From Candidatus Saccharimonadota bacterium (GTDB taxonomy: Archaea; Nanohalarchaeota; Nanosalinia; Nanosalinales; Nanosalinaceae): a stretch of 32,000 bases of DNA. Location: the NCBI RefSeq assembly GCF_047555085.1, contig NZ_CP180230.1:360001-392000 (forward strand). Reading direction: 5' to 3'. A program made the position numbers and the translations under genes. Positions 8,474 to 17,813 of the stretch are shown piece by piece (within the stretch, counting starts at the first letter, position 1; every line of letters begins with the position of its first letter). Below the pieces are notes generated by a model. It ran no database searches and had not been told where the DNA came from. It saw nothing but the letters and a program-made list of their open reading frames with translations.

Positions 8474-11067
8474 CAGTGTATGATGACGATCGTGTTCTCT
8501 GTCTCTATCATCTCGCCTTCGCCGGTGTATGTTCGTTCCTGTCGTACTTCGAACATCTCAGGCTTCAGGTGTTCGCCTGCTACTTCAAGACGGCCATCGT
8601 CGATCATGTAATCGTTGTCCTCTAAAGCCGCTTCTATCTCAGAGACTTTATCTCCGTACTTAGGCCCTGCCTTCGAGTAATTGAGCTTGATCTCGATAAT
8701 CTTGTTCTCTGTCTCAGGCTCGCCTTCAAGCTGTTCAAGACTGTTGACGTGCATAACTTCCTTGACAGCGCTTTCAAGGCCTGAAATGTTGCCGTAGACT
8801 TCCGCTCTCTCGATATCCTCGTTCAGCGACATCTGATGCTCTGTCTTGAACTTTCTCAATGCTGATACAACTTCCATAGCGTTCTCACCGGCCTCTTTGT
8901 CCGCCTCTATACCTGAGGCCTCTGGCCAGTCGCTCCTGTGGATCGATGTATTTTCATACAGTTCGTTCCATATCTCTTCTGTCGTATGTGACAGCATCGG
9001 AGCGAACAATTTGAGGAAAGTTCTGTGGGCCTTGACAAGTGTGTACTGAGCGGATTTGTTCTTTTCGTCGTCGAGACGCTGCTTGGCGATCTCCAGATAA
9101 TCGCTGCAGAACATGTTGAAGAATCTCTCCCGCAGACGATCGCGGGCAAGTGAGAACTCGTAGTTCTCGAATTTTTCAGTGGTGAACTCGACTAGTTCAT
9201 CCATCTCGGCTAGGAGCCAGCGATCGATCTCATCGAGATCTTCTTCCTCGACTTCGATATCTTTGTGAGGAGTCAGATCGTTGATAAGCTTTGATGCGTT
9301 CCACAGCTTCCTCATCAGCTTCTCTCCCTCGACAAGATCTTTTTCCTTCAGTGCCAGGTCGTCGCCTACCTTGGTGCGTGCACCCCAGTACCGTGCGGCA
9401 TCGACAGGGAAGTCTTCAAGGACTTCTTCAGGAGTTGTGACGTTTCCAACGCTTTTACTCATCTTCTCCCTGTTCTCATCCAGTACGAATCCATGGATCA
9501 TCGTATCCTTGAATGGAACTTCGCCGGTGTGTTCAACACATTTTACAACGGTATGGAATAGCCAGAAACTGATGATGTCGTGGGCCTGATAGCGTGCATC
9601 CATCTGGTAAAGCTCCGGTCTTCCAAGCTCGTACTCTTCCTCTTCAGCGTTCCAGCCCCAGTCAGCATTGATCAGCGGTGTCAAACTTGAAGTTGCCCAG
9701 GTGTCCAGGACATCTTCTTCAGGCTCAAACTCTTCTGCACCACATTCTGGACATTCATCGACAGGAGCTTCGTCCTGGATAGGATCAACAGGTAAATCAG
9801 TTTTTTCAGCGATTATCTCCTGCTCACATTCACTGCAGTACCAGACAGGCAGAGGAATACCGGAGTCTCTCTGCCGTGAGATACACCAGTCCCACTGAAG
9901 GCCTTCAATCCAGTGCTCGTACCGTGTAAACATTTTCTCGGGGAACCAGTCCATTTCTCTACCGGCTTCCAGATATTTTTCCTTGTGATCAAGAACTTCG
10001 ATGTACCACTGTTTCTTGACAAGGAACTCTATCGGCTCATCACATCTTTCATGAACCTGGACAGTATGCTCTATCTCCCAGCGATCCATCAAAAATCCTG
10101 ATTCATCCAGTTCCTCGACGATCTCTTCTCTGGCCTCTGTTCTGTCAAGACCTTCAAACTTTCCGGCCAGTTCAGTCATCTCCCCGGATTCATCCATGGC
10201 AACTCTCAAGTCGAGATCGTGGGCCTGGTACCACTCGATATCTGTCTGATCTCCGAAAGTACAGCACATAACAACGCCGGTGCCTGTCTCCATGTCGACT
10301 CTTTCATCTTCGATTATAGGGACTTCGTAGTCAAAGATCGGGACTTTTGCCTTTTCTCCGACAAGATTGTTGTTCGCCTCGTCTTCAGGATGAACGATGA
10401 TCGCGACACATGCCGGAAGCAGTTCGGGCCTTGTAGTCGATATCATCACTGATCCGTTGCCCGTCGCTAATGGGAACTCGATATCGTTGAAATGCGAGTC
10501 TTCCTCCATATCCTCTGTCTCGACCTGGCTGATAGCTGTCTCACATTCGGGACACCAGATCGCAGGAGCCTTCTGACGGTACTCACGCTCCTGCTCGTAC
10601 AGATCTATGAACGAAAGCTGAGAGATCTTCTGAACTCTCGGCTCGATAGTCTTGTAAGTATTGTTCCAGTCCATGGAGAAGGCGAACTGCTGCATGGCAT
10701 CTGTGAAATCGTTCTCGTATTCCTCACAGACCTCTCTACACTTCTCCTGGAACTCTCTTCGTGTAAAGTTCTGATGGCGGATTCCAAGCTCTCTCTCAGT
10801 TAAACGCTCGGATGCAATACCGTTGTCATCGTATCCAAACGGATAGTATACATCGTAGCCCTGCATTCTCTTGAAACGAGCCATGAAATCCATCAACGTG
10901 TTTCCATAGGTATGTCCGAAGTGAAGGCTTCCGGAAACCGTCGGAGGAGGTGTATCGATAGAGAAAACATCTTTATCCTCATCCCCCTCGTACTCGTAAG
11001 TCCCGTTTTCAACCCATTTTTCACTCCATTTTTCCTCAAAATCTTCCGGCGTATAATCTCCTAACAT
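8473..11067 (-). CDS. valS: Valyl-tRNA synthetase
   Basis: 864 aa. 'PPPTVSGSLHFGHTYG' is the HIGH region, 'KMSKSVGN' is the KMSKS motif, and there is a CP1 editing insertion. Size and N-terminus are typical of archaeal ValRS. Confidence 0.93.
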   Translation of the reverse strand: MLGDYTPEDFEEKWSEKWVENGTYEYEGDEDKDVFSIDTPPPTVSGSLHFGHTYGNTLMDFMARFKRMQGYDVYYPFGYDDNGIASERLTERELGIRHQNFTRREFQEKCREVCEEYENDFTDAMQQFAFSMDWNNTYKTIEPRVQKISQLSFIDLYEQEREYRQKAPAIWCPECETAISQVETEDMEEDSHFNDIEFPLATGNGSVMISTTRPELLPACVAIIVHPEDEANNNLVGEKAKVPIFDYEVPIIEDERVDMETGTGVVMCCTFGDQTDIEWYQAHDLDLRVAMDESGEMTELAGKFEGLDRTEAREEIVEELDESGFLMDRWEIEHTVQVHERCDEPIEFLVKKQWYIEVLDHKEKYLEAGREMDWFPEKMFTRYEHWIEGLQWDWCISRQRDSGIPLPVWYCSECEQEIIAEKTDLPVDPIQDEAPVDECPECGAEEFEPEEDVLDTWATSSLTPLINADWGWNAEEEEYELGRPELYQMDARYQAHDIISFWLFHTVVKCVEHTGEVPFKDTMIHGFVLDENREKMSKSVGNVTTPEEVLEDFPVDAARYWGARTKVGDDLALKEKDLVEGEKLMRKLWNASKLINDLTPHKDIEVEEEDLDEIDRWLLAEMDELVEFTTEKFENYEFSLARDRLRERFFNMFCSDYLEIAKQRLDDEKNKSAQYTLVKAHRTFLKLFAPMLSHTTEEIWNELYENTSIHRSDWPEASGIEADKEAGENAMEVVSALRKFKTEHQMSLNEDIERAEVYGNISGLESAVKEVMHVNSLEQLEGEPETENKIIEIKLNYSKAGPKYGDKVSEIEAALEDNDYMIDDGRLEVAGEHLKPEMFEVRQERTYTGEGEMIETENTIVIIH

Positions 11068-11350
11068 AGTATAGTTTCAGGCCTCGTGAAAAGAGATTCC
11101 CAAGGAACTGTTAAAATGATTTTCAGAGGTATAACTAAGTCTAGTCTTGATTAATTGTCGCATAATAGAATCACGTCTGAAGAAGTTTGTAGAGCAGGAG
11201 CTAAATTGAATCGGTGAAAACATGCCCGGCGGATACAAAACGTCCACCCTTCATTGCATCAAGCTCCATGCATCCTTTAGAGGCCTCAAGATTTAAAAGA
11301 ACTTCGAGACTTCCTCCCGGAATTCGATACAATAAAATCATTTTACTATC

Positions 11351-12184
11351 ATGAACACTTGTATGAAGATCCTAGTTGTCGGCGACTGCCACGGGAAAAA
11401 ACCTGAGATCGAAGGCCTTGCGGAAGAGGCCTCTGTGATACTTGTAACAGGTGATGTCTGTGGGGACTCTGACACGATGAGGAATGCAATGTTCGACTCT
11501 ATAGACAGTCAGAAAAAATGGTACGATGTACTTGGAAGGGAAACCGCCAGGGAAGCCGTTGAGAAATCCCTTGAGGAAGGAAGACAGGTGCTTGAATACC
11601 TCAACAGTTTTGACAAGCCTGTTTTCCTTGTACCCGGGAACTGGGACTGGATCGGCGACGAGGCCTGGGACTTTCTGGGAGAAAATCATTTCCAGAAACT
11701 GGTCGACGAATTCAACAATATCCATAACATCAACGGAGAGATATTCCAGGACTCAGAGTACAGCTACATCGGCTACGGACCGTGTCCAGGCCCTGAAATC
11801 CCTCAGTACGAGGACGACAGGCCTGAAGACGAACAGGAGATGAAAGAGATCCGGAAAGAGTACACTGAACAGAAAGAGAGGCTTGAAAAACTTTTCCAGG
11901 CCTCCGAGAAACCTGTAATCTTTCTTTCACACAATGTACCTCATAATACTTCGCTTGACAGGATAGAAAATCCTGATTCTCCTGCCGATGGAAGACACTA
12001 CGGCTCTATAATCGTCAGAGAACTTATAGAGGAGAAAAATCCGGTACTATCTATCGCAGGGCATATGCATGAAGGCTACGGAAAAGAGAAAATAGGCGGG
12101 ACAGTTGCAGTGAATGCAGGCCTTAACAGGCATGTTGTAATTGATTTAGAGAATGAAAAAGTAGGAAACCTTGATTTCTGTTAG
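11351..12184 (+). CDS. Calcineurin-like metallophosphoesterase
   Basis: 277 aa. 'ILVVGDCHG', 'TGDVCGD', 'VPGNWD', 'LSHNVPH' and 'GHMHEG' are the canonical metallophosphoesterase motifs in order. The ATG at 11363 (MKIL...) is an alternative start. Confidence 0.85.
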   Translation: MNTCMKILVVGDCHGKKPEIEGLAEEASVILVTGDVCGDSDTMRNAMFDSIDSQKKWYDVLGRETAREAVEKSLEEGRQVLEYLNSFDKPVFLVPGNWDWIGDEAWDFLGENHFQKLVDEFNNIHNINGEIFQDSEYSYIGYGPCPGPEIPQYEDDRPEDEQEMKEIRKEYTEQKERLEKLFQASEKPVIFLSHNVPHNTSLDRIENPDSPADGRHYGSIIVRELIEEKNPVLSIAGHMHEGYGKEKIGGTVAVNAGLNRHVVIDLENEKVGNLDFC

Positions 12185-12663
12185 TCGGCAGTTGTTTCAG
12201 GGAAGTAATCGGCAGTTAATTGCATATCGGCTTCTGTACGGAAACTTGGATCCATTTTGATAGTTCTTGCCAGGTGGATATAGGCCTCTGCGGCTGCTGA
12301 CTCCGGAGTAGGGTCTTTCATAACTCTGTATGTTTCTCCGTGGTCAAATACCAGTTCTTCGACTTGATCATCCAGCATTTCCTCTGTTACTTCGTAAAGT
12401 GTTTCTGACCAGGATTTACCTCTCATTCCCAGAATTTCGGGAATGTCGTCTCCCTCCGTGAATCTATTGATCGCTCTGTCAACTCTTCCGGGTGTAGCAT
12501 ATTTTTCAGTAACTTCATACGTGCTGGAGGCCTCAGAGAGGTGGTATACAGCTACAGCTCCATCGACTTCCCAGTCCATCTTCATCCTGCTCTTGGTGGC
12601 AGATTCTCCTGTTAGCTCATCAAGATCCGGAAGATTCATGTGGTTGTTATTAAACAGTGACAA
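12181..12663 (-). CDS. Hypothetical acidic cytoplasmic protein
   Basis: 160-aa ORF with halophile-type acidic composition. It overlaps the convergent neighbour's stop by 4 nt. No motif was recognised. Confidence 0.5.
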   Translation of the reverse strand: MSLFNNNHMNLPDLDELTGESATKSRMKMDWEVDGAVAVYHLSEASSTYEVTEKYATPGRVDRAINRFTEGDDIPEILGMRGKSWSETLYEVTEEMLDDQVEELVFDHGETYRVMKDPTPESAAAEAYIHLARTIKMDPSFRTEADMQLTADYFPETTAD

Positions 12664-12710
12664 ATAAAACTTTTTCGGTTAATACCCTATCATCGTGACG
12701 GGTGAACTGT

Positions 12711-13583
12711 ATGGAACAGAACATACTGGAAAAAATCAGGAATGGAGAAATCCAGGCACATGAGGCAGAGGAAGGAATCGTCAGCGACACGTATATCGCA
12801 GAAAACTTTGTTGTACAGGCCTCTGCAGGATTTGACGATAAGATCAGGATAAACCGTTTCATGATCGATAAGCTGGGTGAAAACGGAGTACCTGTTCCAG
12901 AAGTCATAGATTACAGCGAGGACCCGCTTTTCGTAGCATTCAACAGACTTGAAGGCCTCTCACTCGATAACAGAGACACGTTCACCGAGGAACAATATCT
13001 TGAGGCCGTCAGAAATGCTGGCGAGGCCCTGGCACTTGTACACCAGCAGGAAGGCCTTGGATATGGAAATCCTGATCCGGAACATGGTTTCGAGCAGGGA
13101 GTATTCGATGACTGGAGAAGTTTCATAGACTCCGATATCCAGGGAACTCTGGATTATGTTGACAGCGATAGATTCAGGCCTGTAGTGGAGAAAGCCGATG
13201 AACTGCTGGATATAGATGAATTACCGGAGTCTCCGGATAGCAGGATCTTGCACATGGATTATACTCCGGACAATGTTTTCGTTGCCGATGATCTTTCTGT
13301 AACAGTTCTGGATTTCGATGGAGCAATTTACGGAGATCCGGATTTCGATCTGATGTATGCAGAGTTGATAATGTCGAAATACGGCGATCAAACTCTGGGA
13401 AACTTTATCGATGGATATACAGGCCTCAGAGATGCCGAATTGAGGCCTGAACTGGAGAGAAACTACACTGCACTGGCAGTACTGAGAGATGCCAGAGGAG
13501 GAGAATGGTGTCTGCAAAACGACAGGGACGTTGATCTGGATGAATGGGCCAGAGGCCTGGAAAATACTGTTGAAGGCCTCTAG
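12711..13583 (+). CDS. Aminoglycoside/choline-kinase-like phosphotransferase (APH family)
   Basis: 'ILHMDYTPDNVFV' is the catalytic-loop HxDxxxxN motif and 'VLDFDGAIYGDPDFDL' is the DFD metal site. The ATG at 12711 is preferred over the GTG at 12702. Confidence 0.75.
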   Translation: MEQNILEKIRNGEIQAHEAEEGIVSDTYIAENFVVQASAGFDDKIRINRFMIDKLGENGVPVPEVIDYSEDPLFVAFNRLEGLSLDNRDTFTEEQYLEAVRNAGEALALVHQQEGLGYGNPDPEHGFEQGVFDDWRSFIDSDIQGTLDYVDSDRFRPVVEKADELLDIDELPESPDSRILHMDYTPDNVFVADDLSVTVLDFDGAIYGDPDFDLMYAELIMSKYGDQTLGNFIDGYTGLRDAELRPELERNYTALAVLRDARGGEWCLQNDRDVDLDEWARGLENTVEGL

Positions 13584-13595
13584 AAAAAATTTTTC
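13583..13595. terminator. Second copy of palindrome GAAAAAATTTTTC bridging convergent stop codons
   Basis: It starts on the last base of the TAG at 13581-13583 and overlaps the minus-strand stop at 13594-13596. It is identical to 5640-5652. Confidence 0.45.
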
Positions 13596-14373
13596 AGAAT
13601 GCATCCAGTGTACGGTTCCCCGGGAACTTCATTCCATCTTCAGCCATCACAACTTTGGCATCAATCTTTTCCTCCAGCCACTTCTTCTGCTCCTCTACAC
13701 CTTCATCCAGAAGCTTGTAGCCGAAATGCGTTAAAATAACTGTATCTGCATCAGAGGCCTCCACAATATCCGGAACTTCATCCACAGCAGTATGGCTGCT
13801 GGTAGCAGAATCTACAGGCCTTGAGCAGAAGACTACAAGCGTATCACAGTCGCTGTAAAGATCCACAAGTTCTCCGGAGAACTCTGTATCCGTCCAGAAT
13901 CCAATCTTCTTTTCACTGCTCTCAACGGTAAAACCTATAGTCTTCGGATCACTATGGAACATCTCCTGACACTCGATCTCGAGATCACCGACTTCATGCG
14001 TCGAGCCCTCCTTCATAGTATCTACACGTCCACAGAGGCCTTGATGATAATCTGAGATAGCTTTCTCCAGATCTCCGAATCCTTCAAGCACAGTCCTGTT
14101 CGCAAGAAGTACGCCAGCATTGTTATAGGCCTCTACCATCATTTCAATTATAGCCTGGGCGTCATTAAAGTGATCCATATGTGCATGAGTTACAAGAACA
14201 GCTTCAGTCTCCTCAGGATGCTCAAGGAACTCATGGCTGTTCACAAGACCTCCAGGTCCCGGATCGACGTGAACCTGTGTCTCATCAGTCTTGATAACTA
14301 TCCCACCGGTCTTCCTGCGCTGCATACCTGTAACATACCTTCCACCACCTGTTCCCAGAAACTGTAGCTCCAT
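13594..14373 (-). CDS. MBL-fold metallo-hydrolase
   Basis: The internal ATG gives 'MELQFLGTGGG...'. The 'VTHAHMDH' HxHxDH motif is present. The longer ORF (to 14469) would overlap the upstream methyltransferase gene. Confidence 0.8.
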   Translation of the reverse strand: MELQFLGTGGGRYVTGMQRRKTGGIVIKTDETQVHVDPGPGGLVNSHEFLEHPEETEAVLVTHAHMDHFNDAQAIIEMMVEAYNNAGVLLANRTVLEGFGDLEKAISDYHQGLCGRVDTMKEGSTHEVGDLEIECQEMFHSDPKTIGFTVESSEKKIGFWTDTEFSGELVDLYSDCDTLVVFCSRPVDSATSSHTAVDEVPDIVEASDADTVILTHFGYKLLDEGVEEQKKWLEEKIDAKVVMAEDGMKFPGNRTLDAF

Positions 14374-14444
14374 AGAAAAATAATGGCGCTGAAAAACTAT
14401 AAAACAGAGAGGCCTCTCAAGTTCCGCTCCAAAAGAATTCTTGA

Positions 14445-15053
14445 TCAGGCCTTCTCCGCCAGCACCCATAAATGGTGCTCATCATCACTTTCCTCCTCAT
14501 AAGTCTCAACTACGTTGAATCCCGCTTCCTCTATAATTTCAAGATTCTTTTCCTGACTGTACGAGCTCCACACCATTTCGGAGTCAGCCCACTCCTCGTT
14601 CGTGTGCTCATCCATCTCTCCGGCTCCAACAGTGACAAGAATAGCGCCGTCATCTCTCAACAAGTCGTTGATATGCTCGAAAAGATCGGAGTGCTCTTCT
14701 CTCGGAAGATGGAATATGGCATAAAAGCTTACAACTGCATCAAACTTTCCTTTCTCGGGCTCCACGTCAAAGAAATCTCCCTGGAAGAAATGAGCCTCCG
14801 GAACATGCTCTCTGGCGGCGTAGATATGCTTCTCAACGATATCAACACCTGTAACATCAAAGCCTTGATCCACTAAGTAACGATCGAAAGGCTCACCTGT
14901 CCCGCATCCAAGATCCAGGACATCACCGTTCCCGGGAATCAATTCGAACAGGCTCTGGAAAAGCTCCTCTTCTTCAGGCCTCACATCCCTTTCATTCCGG
15001 AACTCTCCCTCGTAATCTCCAGCTTCGTATCCTTGACGCACTTTCTCTCTCAT
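14445..15053 (-). CDS. Class I SAM-dependent methyltransferase
   Basis: 202 aa. 'VLDLGCGTGEP' is motif I, followed by 'GVDI' and 'FDAVVSFYAIFH' in standard Rossmann methyltransferase order. Confidence 0.85.
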   Translation of the reverse strand: MREKVRQGYEAGDYEGEFRNERDVRPEEEELFQSLFELIPGNGDVLDLGCGTGEPFDRYLVDQGFDVTGVDIVEKHIYAAREHVPEAHFFQGDFFDVEPEKGKFDAVVSFYAIFHLPREEHSDLFEHINDLLRDDGAILVTVGAGEMDEHTNEEWADSEMVWSSYSQEKNLEIIEEAGFNVVETYEEESDDEHHLWVLAEKA

Positions 15054-15135
15054 AAATTTTCAATACCTCTTATAACTCCAAATTACACCGCAAAATTCAA
15101 GTAAACAACGAAAAATAGAGGCCTCTACAAAATTT

Positions 15136-15486
15136 TTAGATTATCCAATGTGCTAATGTTAGACCGCTTCCTAAAAGTAAGGAGTTAACTATGGCTTCTC
15201 CAGTTGCTTCTTGTTCTATATTCTCGACTTTTGTGAATAGCTCTGTTTTATCTGCAATTTGATTTTTTGCAGATTTTTGCAGGTAAAGAATACCGAATAA
15301 GGCTACGAATACTATTAATCCAGCAGATAAGGACTGTGTGGCAGTATCAATAATCTCTAATTCGGAAAAATTTCCTGGATAAAGATGAAGGCCTAGTCCA
15401 TATCCGAGAAGATATATAGCAGGTACAGACCCCAAGATATCTTCGTCAAGATATTGTTTTACGGCCTCTCCAATTTGATTGTACAT
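15136..15486 (-). CDS. Small membrane protein, unknown function
   Basis: 116 aa with about three hydrophobic segments. No motif was recognised. Confidence 0.45.
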   Translation of the reverse strand: MYNQIGEAVKQYLDEDILGSVPAIYLLGYGLGLHLYPGNFSELEIIDTATQSLSAGLIVFVALFGILYLQKSAKNQIADKTELFTKVENIEQEATGEAIVNSLLLGSGLTLAHWII

Positions 15487-15538
15487 GGATAGAGAATGTG
15501 TTCTTAGTCTTTACAATTTTTCGATAGAGTGAAAAGTT

Positions 15539-15609
15539 AGCCGGGTCAGGGATTTGCACCCTGGTAGGCGGCTTTGCAGGCCGCTGCATGACTACTCTGC
15601 CAACCCGGC
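15539..15609 (-). tRNA. tRNA-Cys (anticodon GCA)
   Basis: The minus-strand reading folds manually as a cloverleaf: GCCGGGT-TG-GCA-GAGTAGTCA-TGC-A-GCGGC-CTGCAAA-GCCGC-CTAC-CAGGG-TGCAAAT-CCCTG-ACCCGGC-T. It has a 7-bp acceptor stem, a 5-bp anticodon stem, loop CU-GCA-AA, a 5-bp T stem and discriminator U. CCA is not encoded. Confidence 0.85.
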
Positions 15610-15649
15610 ATTAGTACGGTTGTGCAGTTCCAGCACCGTAAGGTGCGTT

Positions 15650-15667
15650 CTCTGCCAACCCGGCATT
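15650..15667 (-). repeat. 18-nt direct duplicate of the tRNA-Cys 5' end plus 3 nt of 5' flank (AATGCCGGGTTGGCAGAG)
   Basis: It exactly matches 15595-15612 and lies 55 nt upstream in the tRNA orientation. TATA-like A/T boxes lie upstream of this distal copy, not in the spacer. Confidence 0.8.
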
Positions 15668-15813
15668 GTGTAAATTTTTATGGAAACTGGAGTTGCCGAT
15701 CTTTATGAGGTATTTTTTCAGTAGTTTTTAAATCAGGTCTTGGTGGTAGGCCTGGATTTGTTTTTTATTATTAGCATCCTGTATCTGTTTCAAGGAGGAA
15801 TTAATTTTTTACT

Positions 15814-16623
15814 ATGAAAGTTGAGGTACTAGGGAATGTTCAGGATGGAGGAGTTCCGCATCTCGGATGCGACTGTGAAGTCTGTAAAAACGCCAGAGAA
15901 AATCCTGAGGAGCAGAAATTTGTTTCTTCACTTCTCTTGAAGGAAGATGAAAGTGAAAACTCCGCCAGATATCTTATCGAGGCCTCTCCGGATATCAGGA
16001 TGCAGCTTAGTGGAGGAGAGTATATTGACGGCGTCTTCATTCCTCTGTCCACTCTTGGACATATGACAGGCCTCCAGTTCTTCGGGCCTGAAGGCCCTGA
16101 TGCCTCTGATCTAAGTGTTTACTGCTGTGACGATGTAGAGGATTTCATGATGAAGAATGATCCTTACAGACTGTTGATCGACAGGGATAACTTGGAGATG
16201 CAGGAGTTCAGTGACGGGGACTCTATCGATATTCAGGGAGGAGAAGTAGAGTCACATCAGTTCTACCATCAGCACGTGAATCATAATACTACAGGATACA
16301 TGATCCACGGCGAGGACAGAAAGCTGTTCTACCTTGCCGATATCACCGAGTTCACGGAGGAGATAGAGGCCTGTATCCAGGAAGCTGATGTAGCTTTGAT
16401 CGACGGAACTTTCTGGAGCGAAGACGAGATCGGGCGTTACGAGGAAGTACCGCATCCACCGATCCGCAGAAGCCTGGATCAGTTCGAAGACGTGGACACG
16501 AAGATCTACTTCATCCACATGAACCACACAAATCCTGTTTTGAGAGAGGACAGCGAGGAAAGAGAGACTCTCAACGAAAGAGGATTCAGCGTGGCGGAGC
16601 AGGGACACCAGTTCCAGCTCTAA
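15814..16623 (+). CDS. PqqB/PhnP-like MBL-fold protein
   Basis: 269 aa. 'VEVLGNVQDGGVPHLGCDCEVC' resembles the PqqB-type N-terminus (GGG(F/V)PQ..C.C..C). The rest has an MBL-like layout. Its function here is unknown. Confidence 0.55.
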   Translation: MKVEVLGNVQDGGVPHLGCDCEVCKNARENPEEQKFVSSLLLKEDESENSARYLIEASPDIRMQLSGGEYIDGVFIPLSTLGHMTGLQFFGPEGPDASDLSVYCCDDVEDFMMKNDPYRLLIDRDNLEMQEFSDGDSIDIQGGEVESHQFYHQHVNHNTTGYMIHGEDRKLFYLADITEFTEEIEACIQEADVALIDGTFWSEDEIGRYEEVPHPPIRRSLDQFEDVDTKIYFIHMNHTNPVLREDSEERETLNERGFSVAEQGHQFQL

Positions 16624-16720
16624 AACTTTTCCTTTTCTCACTTTCTACCCACATTCTCATTTATTCTATCAAGGCCTCTACTGGATAATCGATTAAAACA
16701 AGGGAAAATAAATTCTCTGT

Positions 16721-17212
16721 ATGCCAACTGACAGGATCCGTTCAGCTGCGAAAGGCCTGCAGCAGATGCAGGACGAAACAGGAGTCGAACTTGAAGAACT
16801 TCACAGCGCCATCGAAGAAGTACAGGAAATCCACAACGAACACATGAGAGAGATGGAGCTCGATCAACAGTTCATCAACGATCTCAAGACACTTTTCAAG
16901 GAAATCAGGATGATACGGAAAATCGATCAGCACATGCTCAACGAAGTCCAGCACTTCGAAAATGGAGACATGTCAAAAGAAGAATTCAAACAGGCCTTCA
17001 TCAGAGACGAACACCGACTCGAAGAAGTAGTAAGCGAAGTAAGAACAGAACTTGAGGAAACAGTCAGAATACTATCCAACGAAGAAAGACTGACAAACAA
17101 AGACCTCAACATCGAAGACGCCACACAGAACCTCGTACGAGAACTCAACGACGAAGAAGAAAAACTCGAACAGGCCCACAACAGAGTCAACGAACTAATC
17201 TCAGGAGAATAA
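16721..17212 (+). CDS. Hypothetical acidic coiled-coil protein
   Basis: 163 aa, Glu/Leu/Gln-rich with heptad character. No family was recognised. Confidence 0.5.
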   Translation: MPTDRIRSAAKGLQQMQDETGVELEELHSAIEEVQEIHNEHMREMELDQQFINDLKTLFKEIRMIRKIDQHMLNEVQHFENGDMSKEEFKQAFIRDEHRLEEVVSEVRTELEETVRILSNEERLTNKDLNIEDATQNLVRELNDEEEKLEQAHNRVNELISGE

Positions 17213-17255
17213 ACAAATTCTTCTTAGAAATTTTTCTCTTAATTTCTTTCTCTGA

Positions 17256-17279
17256 AGAGGCCTTGAAAAAGAGGCCTCT
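17256..17279 (+). terminator. Hairpin from two AGGCCT copies followed by a T-rich tract
   Basis: AGAGGCCT-TGAAAAAG-AGGCCTCT forms an 8-bp stem. It is followed by GAGGTTTTATTTTT and lies 44 nt downstream of the 16721..17212 stop. Confidence 0.5.
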
Positions 17280-17337
17280 GAGGTTTTATTTTTCCTTCAG
17301 GGAAATTTTTGTAAGACTTTAGGACTGATAAGGAGTT

Positions 17338-17772
17338 GTGATTCCAAAAAGGGACGCAGAAAATCAAGCAGATGTCAGATTAAGATTTCTAGAGTTATTA
17401 ATACTTATATCAACACTTTTAGTGAGCCTAACGGGTGAAATAAGAGATTTTACTAATATAGTATTCCTAGGATTTCTGGTCTTCAGTATAATAATATATG
17501 TTTTCTTAATTCACAGACTCAGTCTAACAGAAGTTCCAATTTTAGCCATATGTACAGGAGCCACCTTTAGCTGGGTTTTTTCCAATATTCTTATCCTACA
17601 AAATCCTGTAAAAATTCTGAATTCGGATGTCTTCAGCACCATATTTAACTACGGAATATTTTCATTATATTTTGTCTTAGTTGGTTTAATTGTAGCTGGC
17701 GGGCTTGTCTCGAAAGACAGATTTGAACTTTGGATTGATAAAGTTACTAATCCTACAAGGCAGAACGAATAG
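17338..17772 (+). CDS. Membrane protein, unknown function (GTG start)
   Basis: 144 aa with about four hydrophobic helices and A/T-rich codon usage. The start is GTG. Confidence 0.45.
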   Translation: MIPKRDAENQADVRLRFLELLILISTLLVSLTGEIRDFTNIVFLGFLVFSIIIYVFLIHRLSLTEVPILAICTGATFSWVFSNILILQNPVKILNSDVFSTIFNYGIFSLYFVLVGLIVAGGLVSKDRFELWIDKVTNPTRQNE

Positions 17773-17813
17773 GAACCCTCCGACTTTTAACGTTTCGAGA
17801 TTGTTTGTTTTTT

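Noticed and set aside
8846-10803. Multiple 60-103-aa ORFs on both strands inside valS (for example 9281..9589 +, 10492..10803 +, 8907..9149 -)
   Set aside because: They are embedded in or antisense to a confidently identified 864-aa synthetase gene, and their Ser/Leu/Arg-rich compositions are typical of off-frame translation of acidic genes.
11068-11350. 283-nt spacer between divergent valS and the metallophosphoesterase gene, examined for a small gene or ncRNA
   Set aside because: Only a 22-codon minus-strand ORF (MELDAMKGGRFVSAGHVFTDSI) and no convincing RNA structure or motif were found. It is most simply a divergent promoter region.
14374-14469. 32-codon N-terminal extension of the MBL hydrolase ORF
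   Set aside because: It would overlap the 3' end of the upstream methyltransferase gene. The conserved MBL N-terminus (MELQFLGTGGG) begins at the internal ATG.
15539-15667. Reading the tRNA-Cys 5' duplication as a non-canonical D-loop intron with a bulge-helix-bulge splice motif
   Set aside because: The duplicate includes 3 nt of 5' flank. The only self-complementary 4-mer available for a central BHB helix is CCGG, and the flanking helices do not form. I could not build a credible BHB, so I report it as a duplication rather than an intron.
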